64,000 bases of DNA from Harriotta raleighana (lineage: Eukaryota), in NCBI GenBank assembly GCA_050575255.1, contig JBNZDD010013730.1:5944015-6008014 (forward strand), in the 5' to 3' direction. Position numbers and translations under genes: made by a program. Below, one piece after another: positions 1 through 13,630 of this stretch (the stretch's first letter is position 1; the number at the start of each line of letters is the position of its first letter). Below the pieces are notes generated by a model. The model was not told the origin of the DNA. It saw only the letters and a program-made list of their open reading frames with translations, and searched no databases.

Positions 1-3000
1 TAAAAAGGAGAAATTAGGAAAAAACCCAGGCTTCTGAGTTATCTACCTCATCAGAAACTTAGCTGGAGGTGTGAGGATATCAGGCATTGCCATTATTGCT
101 TTCAAAAGCCACCCAACCCACCAAAAATCCTGCTGTTGCTTACTATCTAAGTTTACACATGAGAAACGGTCATTTGGACAAATTGCAAGCTACAAAAAGT
201 GATTTTGTGGCTACTAGTGTAATAGTACTCAGCAAGTAAAACTCTTTAAATCTCCTACCCTGTCTCATATCCTCTACTATTTTTTTCCAACAGATGTGAT
301 AGACTATCTGTCACTCTTTAATATATATATGTTTTTTAAATGCAGTATATACTCTCATTTGACCATGAGCAAAATATAGATCAGTGCCCATTGAACAGCA
401 GAGCAAGATACCAGTTTACAACTCGAAAACCATTTTAATCCCTAAGTCTCCTTCAATGTTACGTGTTCCTGTCTCCTTGCCTGATGTGGTCATTTGTAGC
501 CTCCTGTACTCTTCTCTAGTTCATGACTGCCTACTTGTCTATACCAAAGAGACATTTTAATCAATTTCTTGTGACTGAAGTTCAAGTAACTGGTTTTGAT
601 GAAGGAAAAGTCAATGTAATGCAGACAAGCTGGAAAAACAGAGTTTCTTGCCAATTGGCGAGTACATTTCAAGATGTTTTTAACTGCAAGAATAAACACC
701 AAAGCATAGTATTGAAGAAAACTCTACAAATGTTTTCTTAAATCTTACTAATCTGAGGTTTCAATGAAGATCAAAGAGGAAATGGAGTAATGTTTGAGAA
801 TGTGTTCCAGGTAATCAGAAACTTTAATGTCATGCGATAAAAATTTATACCAACATCCATAACTATTTTATGGATTTTTTTACAGTCGATGTTTTAAAAC
901 AGATAGTGTTTTTTTGGTGGGTGAACCAGATATCTGACACATGCGGAAACTCCTCACCACGTTTAAGAGCATCCAAACCAAACAAAGTTCCATGCATCCC
1001 ACCAGTATGATGTAAAAAATGTTTGAATTTTTGGCAATGCTAAACTTCCACATATAAGTGGACCTCAGTGACAGTCTGACATGAAAAGAACAACAATTTA
1101 GAAAGGCAGAATGATCAGCAGTGCTTCTTAAAACTTGAATCTGAATAAACGGCAGATTTATTATCTCAATAGAATGAGAACTTTGTGAAAAGTGTTGAAG
1201 ATATTACTCTCCACCAATGGCAGAAAAGTGCATGGTTCCACAGATTACTGTAATTTTGATGAGCACTGTAAACTAATCATTTCATCTGCCTCTTTATTAA
1301 AGGATTAAAATTGTCATCAGTTGCTAGAGCACTTGTCTGCAGGATCAATTAACCTAGGGACATTGCAGATCATCTTATGAAGCTGCTTCACCTGCACTAT
1401 TATGATTTTCAAATTGAAAATTTATTCACAATCTCAGTATTTTACCTCTGAAAGGGTTGGGTCTGCCACATCAATGAGGTACTTGATTCTAAATCATCAG
1501 ATGTTGCTATTTGATAACTTGATCCCTTTCTAAACCTGTTTTTGTCACTTTAAGGTGTCCTTCCGCATCCATCAGCTGATATAAATATACACAGGTAAAT
1601 TGTTGTCATTTTGGTTTACGCTGAAATAAGTTAATGCATCAGCAATGCTCTTTATTAATACCTTTTTACAGCTAAAAGTTTTTATGTTTTTAAAGTTCTG
1701 TGTTAAGGTCAGAAATACACCCAATGATATGTTTTCACCTACTCGCTTCACTAAGTACAAATAGACCAAATCATTTAATTGTATGAATATGATTTAAAAA
1801 AACTCCCTCCCTCTCTCATTTTCCACTCACAATGCAGACAAAAAAAGGTCAACACACTTGTCCTGTGACTTGTCCCTAACCTTAACACACGCAATACACT
1901 TGGAAGTGACGAGCAGTATTGTAGGAGGCAGCCCAAGAGTTGTCACAAAAGAACTAATGTTCTCAGTGGTTCTGAAGATATCCTTTCAAATCTTCAAGTA
2001 CAGTGAAGAGCCTGGCCAGACTTGGCTCAGATAGAAAGTAAAACTTTTTTTTCACTTAATGAACACACTTGGCACATCACATTGAATAGTCATGATGTCA
2101 AAGATACTTGGACATAATATTACATTTTCTTTTGTATCCCTTCAATAGGGAAACAATAATTAGCAGTGCAGTGACAAGTATCCACAATCCTCCTTGACTC
2201 TTTATTCTCCACCTATGTCTGTGTTGATTTATCACTTTCTCCTGCAGGTTAAATTGTAAAGTCAGGCTGATCCTTAGTTCTGTTTTTCACCCACTTTTCT
2301 CCAAATTTTTATTTTAACATGGAAACTCAGAGGAGAGCACTGAAACAATTCAAATAAGAGTATTTACAAAGTAAACTGCAGATTCAATGAATACCAGAAA
2401 GCACAGATAGAAATGGGCGCCAGTAAGGTAGCATTCATTCATGTTTTTAAAGTCAAAAGAAGCTATTCCATTAAACTCACACAAGTCGTGTCAATCAGGA
2501 CCATAACATTTAACATAACTCGCATGAAGTCCAATTTACAGGGAAAATTGTAGAAGACATATAATAATCAAGGAAATGAAGTTTTTCTACACCTACATCA
2601 ATGGATCAAGACTACCTTTCCAGCGAGTCCATGCAGCCGGTAAATTTGTAGGCTTCGAACGGCCAGGAGATAATTTTCCGCGATTTATTGCATGCAGCCG
2701 GAAAGTGTAGGCATAATGGAGGAAAGGTGAGCGGTGTCATGAGTTAGAAGGGAATAAATACGAGTAGTAGAAAGAAATCTGAGTAGTTTTGACAGGGAAC
2801 TACATAGGACACAGGAAATTATACGATTTATAAAAGATACGATTTATGACTTAAGTTGTACTGTATTTTTGTAGGGAGACTGGGTGCCCCAGTTTGCAAC
2901 CCAGTTCCTTTCATCTCTCTAATCTGTGTAGGAATTCAGACCAGATACAAGGGATATAAAAGGTCTTGTATTTCTACGTGCTGTAAAGAGTCTAATGTAA

Positions 3001-3789
3001 AATTAGTTTAGACAGCCTCAATTCTCTTCCCAGTAAACACAAGTCAACGGCAGAAAACTGCCTATAATTCACCACTAATTGGGTGATCTTGCAAAGAACG
3101 GCCATAAGGATAGATGGTGTGGGAATTGGAAATGTCATAATGGTGCAATGAGGGACATTATTCAAAGCCTGTGGCTGAAGCACATTTTTGGAATAGGATT
3201 GTGTGTGTGTTAATGTTTGTTGTGGTACAGGGGATAAATGTCTCTACATTTAATATAGCTCACGAATAAGTTGTTACTGGATACAATGAGAAAAATACTC
3301 ATCATCATCATTTTAAGCATATATTGTACAAAGAATTATTGTGCCCTTCTACTGGACTCCATATTTTACTTTCAAATGGTTTGAAACTGATCTGTATCCC
3401 CACTCCCCCACACGCCCCAGATTGTCCCTTTCTTGCAAAATAATTCAGCAAAATCCAACATTTTCAAAAACAAATGAAATTACAACAGAATAGAAAAGCA
3501 TTTTCAATGATTTTTCCAGTGAACTGAAAATAGTTTAGTCCCTAGTAGTAAAAAGATTTGGTCACTTTTCTAAACTTTGCCTCTTCTAAAGCTCTGACAT
3601 TTGGGTAAGTTCAGTTCTGTGGTTGCCTGCAACCATTTAATACACCCAAATAGCCAATCTTCAAGTATGCCTTGTTTAATGCATGTCTATTCAATAAACA
3701 GGCAATTCAGTTGTACCACAGAAGAGCCCAAGTTCTCTCTCTCCAGGTTTGGGAATATTAAGGCCAATTGTAGTATTCCTATTTTCGGA

Positions 3790-4010
3790 GGAAGAACCAG
3801 GAAGGATAGTATATCCTTAATGATAATATTCTCAATGGACTGGGGATACACAGATACTGTACTTAGGAATAGAGAATCATTAACATCTTTAAATGTGGGT
3901 GTTCAAATGGACAAGGTTCATGAAACAAGGAAACAAAATTCCAGATTGTATAAGCAGAGGTGAATGAAACAAGAGCACACACTTGTTGAGCAGAGAAAGA
4001 TAAGAGGAAT
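3790..4010 (+). mobile_element. Highly decayed CR1-type LINE fragment (ORF2 C-terminal region)
   Basis: Sequence ...aacaaaattccagattgtataagcagaggtgaatgaaacaagagca resembles the CR1 segment encoding 'ILG.I.RGIE.KS'; frames are broken. Recognised by eye. Confidence 0.35.
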
Positions 4011-7000
4011 CCAGTAACGATTTTCAAAATTATAAATGAAAAAAGTTACTTAATTATTTTCACAAAGGGAGAGAGTGCACAAATGGCCACAAATGGCTAT
4101 TATAGCCAAGTCAATCCTGACGTTTGAAAGACAACTGATAACTTCTTGAGGTAGGATGATATTAAAGTTTAGGGATAACTGGAAATGATATTGAAGCTTC
4201 AGTGGAGGAGCGAGCACCAACATAAACATGGTGGGGTGCGTGGGCTCCATATGTGCTGTAAGCTTGTTCTGATTCACTGATTCTATCTGCTGCCTTGTAG
4301 AAATCAGGGACCCTAGAACAAATAGGGAATTGAATCTAGTGGTCTATACATGTTTGGTAAATTCAGCAATGAGAATTCAATAGGCCGTTTTCAAATGGTC
4401 CCTGACTATCTCTGGGTGGTACATTGGTTGTGTGACCAGCTCTTTAATAACATTAAAAAATTATCACCAAGTTTCATTGCTCTGAGGACATGCTTTGCTG
4501 CAAAATCGTAGTACTTCAACATCCACTGTTAATGTAACAGCCCGTGACCAATCCAATGAAGGATAGTAAGTATAAATCAGACTTACCACTTCACTTCGCT
4601 CTACTGGAAATGAGATTACTTCATTTCCAGCAGTATAAACAAAGCATGGGAATTTCCACAGCACTGCTTGAGAATCAGAGCACTGGTTTTGTGTTCCTGA
4701 ACAAATAAATAAATATACTGTGGGTCTCTTACCTGCTGCTCCCTTTGACATTTATTTCAATAAGTCCACCCTGAAATACAAATCAATGCAACTTGCATCA
4801 ATATCTTAATAGTGTCAGTCAAATGGCAAGTTTTTATTTTAAACAAAGAAAGCTCTTAAGCTACAAAGATGAACACAATCAGTTTTGGGCAATCCTATTT
4901 TCAACAAAACTGTGTGTTGCATTTATCATTTAAATAGCAAAAATTCTGTGTTGGTGGTACTAGAAGCTAAAACAAACTCCAGGGTGACAGTTCATTTAGT
5001 CCTTAGAAAAATGAATGAAGTCATTTGCACTTAGTCCATATTCAAAGCACAAAAGCAATGAAAGATATTAAAATTTGACATAAACCTTTTTCCCACCACA
5101 GTATTTTAATTTTAGGAGGAAATTTGAAATTGACATTTAAATGGTGGCAAGGCATTCTCATTTCTGCCTTATAAAACAGCCTGTGAAAATGTACAATTAT
5201 GCTGTCATTCTTAGCACTGTGCATTGCTCAGAGTTTAATTATTAATGTGTTTCCCTCAGAGAATGACTCGATCATGTCACAACTCTGGACAAATACAACT
5301 AATGCAAAGTCATAAAATATTCACTTGAACACTGCTGATCTGACAGGAAATTAATTTCAAGAACACTTTTTATATTACCAGAAAATTAGTTCTAAGCGCA
5401 TAAGACTCAAAACGAATGTGTTTATAATCTCCTCAAGGGTAATGTACCACATGGAATAAGATGCTAGATTATCACAAATGTCTCCAGGATAGTATTTTGT
5501 GAATGAAACAACACATTTGACTTAAAATGAGCATTCTTTAATCCTCCACACTTTTTTTTTGGTACAATGTTTGAAGCAAGATGATTACTTGGATACAAAT
5601 GTATAAATGTAATAGTTTATGTAGAGAACATCACAATGTATAGATACGATGTTGTTAATCATTCATTAAGATGATCAGCTTTTATTTTTTTAAAAATTCA
5701 TTTTCAGCTCTGTGATTTGTTGTTCTTTGTTATTCTTCACTCAAAATGACTCATTTATTGCCGCCAGTACCACAACACGGGATCACTTAAAAGTTCTGAT
5801 TGATGAAGAGGAGGGAGGGAATATTCTTAAAACAACTCCAACTGAGGAAGCTTCCACAATTAATCACAACATTTTGTTCAAAGTCTGGAATACATGGAAA
5901 GCTCTGGCTCTCCACTTTCTAAGCTGGGGTTTGCGGAGAGAGACTGCTCTAGTGCGTATTTTAAGAAAACATACCCTGGAGGGTTACAATTCCGGGAGTC
6001 CTGTGGGATACACACCTCTGAGCTTCAGGTTTGAAACAAAGGATGGTTTTGCAGTCTGGGGACACATTATGCAGCGTATCCTCACTTCCTTTGGGAACCT
6101 TCATTCTCGGAAACCGATTCAAGACCCTGGATTTTCACCGTTCGCCTCTCACTACTTTCTAAATGCCCTTTTCGGTATTGTCCTCGTAAAAAACATAATT
6201 TTTACGCATTGGATGGAATTTGGTAAATTGCATCACAAACAAGCCTTCGATCTGTCTGAAAGTCTGTTCACGCTCGTTCTTATTTTTACAGCACACTGCT
6301 TGTCACTGGACTGAAAAGAGAAGTGCTTTGACAGGTGACCCGAGACATGGCAATAATGGTTTCATTTAGATTTTTTTTTCAGAAGCAGTTGGCCAGATGC
6401 TCTCTTGTTATCCTCTACATTTCCCAGAATGACTGGGTTTAGATATGTATAGCAAATTGGCTATGTGAAATGTAACAGGTATTAATAGTATACGGTATAA
6501 AACACTGTTGGGAAAAAAGCAAGCAGAAGTCAGATGACAGTTTTAAAGCTCTCTTCTGCACCATTTTAGATGGGAAATTTCTTTTTCACAATGAAAGTTA
6601 AACTGCAGAAGTGAATTGATGGATATTTTTACTGCACCAGGTCCTTATTGTCATGGCCAGAATACCATGTTCCATCAAGCTTCAGCAGAGTGAAAACCAG
6701 AAACCCAAACACACAGATGCAGGGTGGCCTAATGTCTCCATTCCAGACACAGAATCTAATTGATCAGTAATACTGGATGAGAACACAATACGCACCAAAT
6801 GGCAGCATTTCTTACGAGTAAATGTAATATGTTACATTTCTTGCTGTATAGGTAAACTCCCACAAGTCATCTCGCTATAAATCGGATAATCACACAAAGC
6901 GTACTTACAACTGAGTCCCAATCAGTTTCCTGTGAAAATAGACACCTGGTCCAGTGGTAGCATTCTCGCCCCTTGATAGCACTAACATAATGTCACAAAA

Positions 7001-7094
7001 GACAAATGTATACGTCACTTTGAATAAGTGGTATTATGCTGACTGATAAAACTTGTATTTTGTGGAAGTCGTATTAAATATTATAGTCCTGACT

Positions 7095-7475
7095 GATACG
7101 ACTTGTGCAAATTTACTTGTACAGTATTTATATACTGTAACATCTTTCACCTTGGTAAGGTCTCAAAGTGTTGCCCAGAGACAGAAAACACAAGGAAGTT
7201 TCTCCCAATGTCCTAGCCATTTTAGATGATACCTTTATTTTCCACCCACAGATATCCAATCACAATTCACAGTAAAAATCCCGTGAAGCGCTTTGAAACA
7301 TCTTGACAATATGATATGAAAAGCAAGAAATTATGACAAAATGGAAACTCAATCAAGGTGACAAATGGAAGAGGAAATAGGGAACCGACTGAAGGCATGG
7401 TTGAAGAGTAGGTTTCTAGTAAGAGTTTTGAAAACAGAGAAAGAATATGGAAGGAGGAGGAATTTGGAGAGTGTC
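7095..7475. mobile_element. Old L2 3' end (minus strand) interrupted by a Deu-SINE remnant (plus strand, about 7190-7327)
   Basis: Reverse L2 tail (tttcacc...gtctcaaagtg) and a purine-rich L2 3' segment (atggttgaagagtaggttt...ggaatttggagag) flank the SINE motifs gtttctcccaatgtcctagcca and gtgaagcgctttgaaacatc. Confidence 0.45.
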
Positions 7476-10400
7476 AACCAATCACTATTTTTGGCCAAAT
7501 CTACAAAAGTTCCATATTTTTAGCAAACAAAACTCAAGTGTGTACAGTTCACTGATGCATTATGTCATATCATCAAACAACAAAAATGAGTGTTTGTAAC
7601 AGTGCCAATCTCTATCAAATGTTCAATGAAATCTTTTGAATGATGTGATATTTTGATAATGTTCTTAATGGACACTAAGAAAACATCACCATCTGCACAA
7701 AAAAATTATATTTCTGCATAAAACTGAAAGTATATCTTGATACGGTCCAACTTTGTGTGTAAAATCTATCTATGAAAGCAACAGGGAGCAACAGGATAAG
7801 GGGCATAATGTGTGAGAGAATCTCTCAGAGATAAACAATATTGGGCTTGGAGGGAAATAGCCATCATGCGACTATTTTCAAATCTGTTTATGGAACTGGA
7901 ATAAAATGCTGGTGTGGGGGAGAAAGGAGGCATAGAATAAAGTATCGGTGAAAATCACAAACTTATAAGTCAAATATATAAATATTTTGGTAAATAAATA
8001 CCCAAATATTCCCGAGCTTCTCTCATTCGCACTGGCCAAATGTGGCATTGGTTTCGATTTACTTTATATCCTAAGATTTTATTCCTGCAGGTAAACAAAA
8101 GGGACAGGATGTTGTAATGAGTCTTCTTTGTTTCAGAAAAAGTGCAAGAGCCGCCATGATGTAAAATAAATCAGACAATGTAAGTAATACATATTAAAAC
8201 CATGGTCCTTTCACCAATATCCCTGGAGACTTTCTGCCCAAATTTTAGAAGGACTCATTCCGTGAAGGATGCTGCACATAGTGGTATTGTGCAATGGTGG
8301 TGGTGGTGGGGAGTGAGGAGGTGGGTGGGGCAGTGAAAGGAACACACCTGTCTGAGGACTGAACATTAAGACTTATGTGTTCACAGGAACCAGAGGTCAT
8401 AAGGCTGCTCTGAATGCACTCATCCTCCTGTTACTTCATGGAAGAGGCTCTCTGATCCCCCACCAAGATTGTTCACCTGACCTGCCAGCAAGCAAAGGCC
8501 CAGTTACATCATTTGTATCAGTGACTTGTCACTGTGCATCAGGATGATCCCAGATTCCAATGATCCACAGATTTACATCTAAGCACGCAAACAACATCAC
8601 TCATTGTGCTCTACATGTCGCAGAAGGGCGGAAAGGCCCAATGCCTGTACATTCAGACACTGCTGTGCTCTTTGTCCTCCATCCGCCAAAGTGGATTGTG
8701 CAACCCACAAAAGCCTCTATAATGGGTCTGACCATCTGTTTTCTTCTGACACTCAGGGACACAGTTTCTCCCCTGGATCCTGGGTGTTTGCAGCGGGTTC
8801 TTTCTCCTGATGAGAGATGTCGACATCTGTGCACGTGATGTCTTTGTTGCTTTCTGAAACCTGTGATGTCCACGTGCATTGACTCAAAGGTAAATGCAGA
8901 GGACTTCATCTGGAAAGACACAACAGACAGCTTTACATGATTACACTTTGAACTCTGCATGGACTTCTGTGTGAGGTAAAGCAACTGCAAAAGACAGAAA
9001 ATCACTGCTTAAATGATTTACTTGGAACACAATAATGAAGGTCACTGGATGTTATCAGGCGAGGACTTCCAGGACTTCACAACCGTGGCTGGTGTCATTA
9101 AAACAGTGAATTTTATGGACTTGATAATGAAAATAGATATTTTCGATGTGCAAATGATGTGAAAAATGTTTTTAATTACTTACCAAGATCCGCAATAGAT
9201 TCAGATAAAGAAGCAGTGTCGGCACATCCACCTGTGACTGGATCCATTAGTGTGTTTTTTAACACAAGCTGAAGACAAAGTCCAATGTGAACGAGTGATG
9301 TTTTTCTTAACCCCATCATCTCACAGTTCATGGAGCACAATGTAGGAGGAAGTGCGCGTCTGTTACCAAGTTTCATCCTTCTTCTCTCCTGAGCAGTTCT
9401 AATTTAAAACTTGCTGAACTCGATTCTCTCGTGAAATAAATGTTATACGATAATTATCGCATGCAGCATTTTTCACTCTAATGATACATGTCTCTGCATA
9501 TTTTAGAGTAATGAGCTCTTCGCTGGCCTGTGCCTCAACAAGACCTGTAGAGCACACAGAGTTGGTTTTGCTTACCAAGGAATACTTGATTTCCCACATT
9601 TGATCATCAGTGCATATTGTTGAAGCATGTCATTTCTCGATCACCATTTCTTGTGTTTACCATAAACACAGTAAATCATATCCTTTGCATGTATAAGTCT
9701 CGCAAATATGAGGATCAAATAACATCAGAGAGCTCAAATTTCTACCAACAGCATTAATAAAACCAGTGAAGCAGAGAATGGAACGCAACTGGGTAAGCAG
9801 TAACCGTGTGGCTGCAAAAATTTCAAATATGGTTTAAAGTACCTTAACGCCCACCAGCCAGAAAATAGCCCTCTTTATCTCTTCTAATATTGTTTCAGTT
9901 CCCTCATATAGCCAGATTCAATAAATCCTTTAAGCACGTACCACATCAAATGATTGATGAACAGTCCACATTCAGGACACAATTGCTGAGAATCTAACAG
10001 AAATGTAAAAAAAAAGAAACAAACGATAGAATTGTTAATGATAATAACTTCCCAATTATTTGTTTTTTCAATAAGGGAGGTCTTAGTGATAGGGCAGATT
10101 AGATTTTATCATTGGATGAAATGGTTTTGTTCTTCCTGTACTATTTTATGTTATACCATTGACTCACCCTCTCGAGGTGAACCTGGAGGGTTCACCCTTC
10201 AGATTGGTCTTGCCTCCTTCATTACATGGATGGCTTTGCTTCAAAGAAAAGCAACAATGATTTTAATTGATGTAAAACAAGAGTCGAAAGCTACATGCTA
10301 TTATTTTTTTTTCAGAATCAATTGCAAACAAATTATGCTGGAAATAATTATTTTTAGAAAGTGATAGGGCGAAAAATTAAGCAGGATGTCAGTGGCCAAA

Positions 10401-10995
10401 TAAGAGCCTTGAGTGAAATAAACAATGAGTGATCAGTTCAGTGAACTGAGTTAAAAGGAAGATCTATCATCTGATGTATTTATCCTTGTTAATGAGATAG
10501 AGGAGTGGCTGGCATTTCTCCTGCAGTGCAGACTTTTTTTTATCAGGCAGTTCTGCATGAACACAAAGCTAGACCATGAAAAATGAAAGCAGACTAAAAG
10601 GCTTTAAACACAGCAGTGGTTAAGATAAGCATAAAGTATCCTTTTATTAGACAAGACATTTGAGAACAAAACTCCTGTAATACACAATGACTTTACATGA
10701 CACTTTTTTTTTTTGCTTTTGGGGCTTGTTAACATGAATTAATCATTCAGATAAGCATATTTGGCTTGGGTGATTCAATGTCATAACGTTAAAATTCTAA
10801 ATTGTGATGTTTCAAATCTGCCCGGGATCTCAAAACTGAAGAATCGGAAATTTACCGAGTGTGAATGTGTGGTGGATACCAGGCAGACATAAAGGTATGC
10901 CCTTCCCTAGAATCTGCACTTTGCTCATATTAAAGCATCAGGTGAATGGTTCCTGAAAGTTGAGCTGCTTTGCATCTTATATCCTAATTATGCTA

Positions 10996-11112
10996 GATGT
11001 CAGCTTGGCTCAGTTTGCAGCACGCTTGCCTTTGAGTCAGAAGTTTATTGGTTCAAGCCATGTGTGGGGAATTTGATCTCGTAGTTTAGGCTGACACTCC
11101 ACTGCAGTGATC
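10996..11112 (+). mobile_element. 5' head of a SacSINE1-like tRNA-derived SINE (truncated)
   Basis: tggctcagtt (A box), gcctttgagtcagaag, ggttcaagcc (B box) and aggctgacactcc..tgcagtg; same head as the copies at 47762, 58780 and 60935. Confidence 0.7.
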
Positions 11113-11224
11113 TTCCAGTTGTACTGATACCACAAGGGCCCAAATAAATAAAAATTAGGCACATATGCTGTATAATTGAAGTATTTGAGAAATCCTATGG
11201 GGAATGTATTTCACGGGATACAAG

Positions 11225-11262
11225 TGAGGTTCATGTGAGGTTTATGTGAGGTTCAGGTTCAT
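11225..11262. repeat. Short tandem repeat, about 11-bp unit GTGAGGTT(C/T)AT x3
   Basis: gtgaggttcatgtgaggtttatgtgaggttcaggttcatg read directly. Confidence 0.8.
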
Positions 11263-12079
11263 GTTGCCCTTTCAGTCCATTTGTTCTCATTCTTTCAGAA
11301 GACTAATCCTATCATCTTCCATTTCTACACATTGACAAAATTATTAGATTTCAGATCCCCGCAATTCATGCTCTAGTCGTTTGCCCCTTGGTTTCAAATG
11401 GTAACCAAGGACTCACAAAATAAAAATGCCTTTTAGTCATTTGCTCTGCAAAAATAACAGAAACATGATGAACAAACAGGCTGTGTTCAGGATGAATGAT
11501 TCATGTATTGAATCCATGTATCAGTTAGAAAATCATTTTCTGGATCTGCTGCAGGATGATATATTGGTGAACATTAATGCGTTTCTAATTCAGAGATGCT
11601 AGCAATAGTGCTTATATTTCAAGTCATAATTAATATGCAGTGAGAGCACTCAAATATATACATATAAAAAGAGGATTTTGGTGTTCAAGCAGCCATTTAC
11701 TGCAAACACAAGTGATGCATTACTATTGCACAGGAAGTCTTTTTAACTTTCAGACATTGAACAAGACCACATTCTGAACTTAGAGAGATGAGCATTTCTG
11801 TGAATAATGTATGTTAGCATTAACATGGACACAAGTTGAATCAATTTGTCTCAATTAACCCTGAAATGTTTTATTTAAGGAATAAAACTATGAAACTGGA
11901 CTAAAATCCAGACAAGTATCTGCCTTTGAGCTCATTATTGTTAGTAGATCTTCATTGGGGATGGTAGTGACGCTCACCTAAAGAGCACAAAGGCAATAGC
12001 ATGGATTTAGAAGCATCAGATCCTGTGTCACAAATCTGCAGTCATTGTTTTAGGACAGATCACACTTAGTTGTTCAGGA

Positions 12080-12325
12080 TACTATCAATTTAGATTTTCA
12101 GAAGACATTTGATCAAGTTCCACGTATAATGTTCATGGAATTTATGTCAAATAACCCCATGAATTGAAAGCTGTCACTGCAGGAGAGAACAGAAGATAAG
12201 ATCAGGTTTAGAGGGAGCAGTGACTTGGGGAGTTCTGCAGATTAGTTGAGTCCCTTTTGGCAGGAACAAGGCTTGATGAATGAAGGCATTTTTTTGCATT
12301 TCATGGTTTCTAATGTTCTTGCGTA
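12080..12325 (+). mobile_element. Decayed, internally deleted CR1 LINE fragment
   Basis: aatttagattttcagaagacatttgatcaagttcca corresponds to the CR1 RT motif (Y)LDFQKAFDKVP, here LDFQKTFDQVP. It is followed by a CR1-like 3' tail (caaggcttgatg...ttctaatgttctt). Confidence 0.6.
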
Positions 12326-13519
12326 TATTTCGAATTCAGAGGTCAAGTGAAGAAAGATAGGTGGCAGTGACTTAACACAAAGTAGTTCAATCAAAGTGTT
12401 CTGATGACACCATAAACCACAAGAGCAAAGCTTGGATGATTGATGAACAGCAGGAGAGTCCCACGATTAAATTTCAACTATAAACCCACAGCCAACTATT
12501 TGTTATTTTTTTATTATCTGTATTGAACAGTTGTTTTTTAGTACAGTAGAGGCAATACGACATTTGTGACAGGAAAATAAAGCTTTTCGACACGCAAGAC
12601 TAAAAGTATATGGTATCACATGAGAGGCATTCTGAAGTTTCTTTCAGTGACGGTTTATTAGGAAATAAACCACTCACTATATTCTAAAAATGTATATATA
12701 ATCAATTGAAGGCAGATTGTTGAACCAGTGCCAGGCTCTTTAAACCTGGTTATCTATAATACATACTTTTAAAATCACTTTAAATAATAAGGGTCAACAA
12801 AAGGTGAATGTACAAAGCAAATACATCAATGGTACCTGGAGAGCATGAGAACCACCATCTCACAGAGCTCACCATCATCAATAAATTATAGCCGTTTACA
12901 AAACATGATAAACAGGCCAGGACAAGAAATATGGAAGAGCTGGGGGAAAACAAAATATTTTATTATTACACAGTGGTACACATCATCAGATTATTGTTTG
13001 ATGAAATATGATGTGCAAATAATTATTCTGTACAACAATAAAATGCATTGCATTTTTCCTCCCAAACATTAACTTTCAAATAAAGGAAATATATAATGCA
13101 CAAATAAATCTGTACAGAATGAATCTGAAAACTGTGCAAACAAACAAAGTTATTCCTCTTTCAAAAACGTGTGCTATCGATTTGTGTAACCCTATTTCCT
13201 TGGAGAGTTAATCCATTACCATTTGGTTTGTGTCTGATTTTAAATTCTCTCCTGTTTTTCTGCCCTCCCTTTTGGGTGTGCAATGTGTGATGCAATATTC
13301 CCACTCTATTTTTTCCCCAATAAAAAAATTATGTTTAGAACACATCATTTCCAATATATTTAAAAAGAAATACCAAGTTATAGAACCATTATAGACCTAA
13401 TTCCAAAGCCAATAGACACACCATTAAAAGCAGGGAAGAATTCATCCTGTAGCACCCATTGCTTTCCAGAGCATTTGGAAGGAGCCTACTGGATCTTTAT
13501 CGGTGGCATTTCTTACAGA

Positions 13520-13630
13520 GACATAAAATTGAATAGGCTACAGCATGGAAACAAGCCATTTATCCCAACCAGTCTATGCTGGAGTTCATACCACACATGA
13601 GCCTCCACCTTATCTGATCCCCCCATACAC
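13520..13630 (-). mobile_element. CR1 3' terminal fragment
   Basis: acataaaa...tacagcatggaaacaagccattt..cccaaccagtctatgctgg resembles the reverse complement of a chondrichthyan CR1 tail. Confidence 0.5.

Noticed and set aside
8807-8840. CTGATGA followed by the palindrome AGATGTCGACATCT as a hammerhead ribozyme
   Set aside because: No GAAA follows the stem, so the catalytic core is incomplete.
8601-9005. 134-aa minus-strand ORF as a stand-alone gene
   Set aside because: It starts inside a polypyrimidine tract, has no recognisable domain, and is out of frame with the upstream candidate exon.
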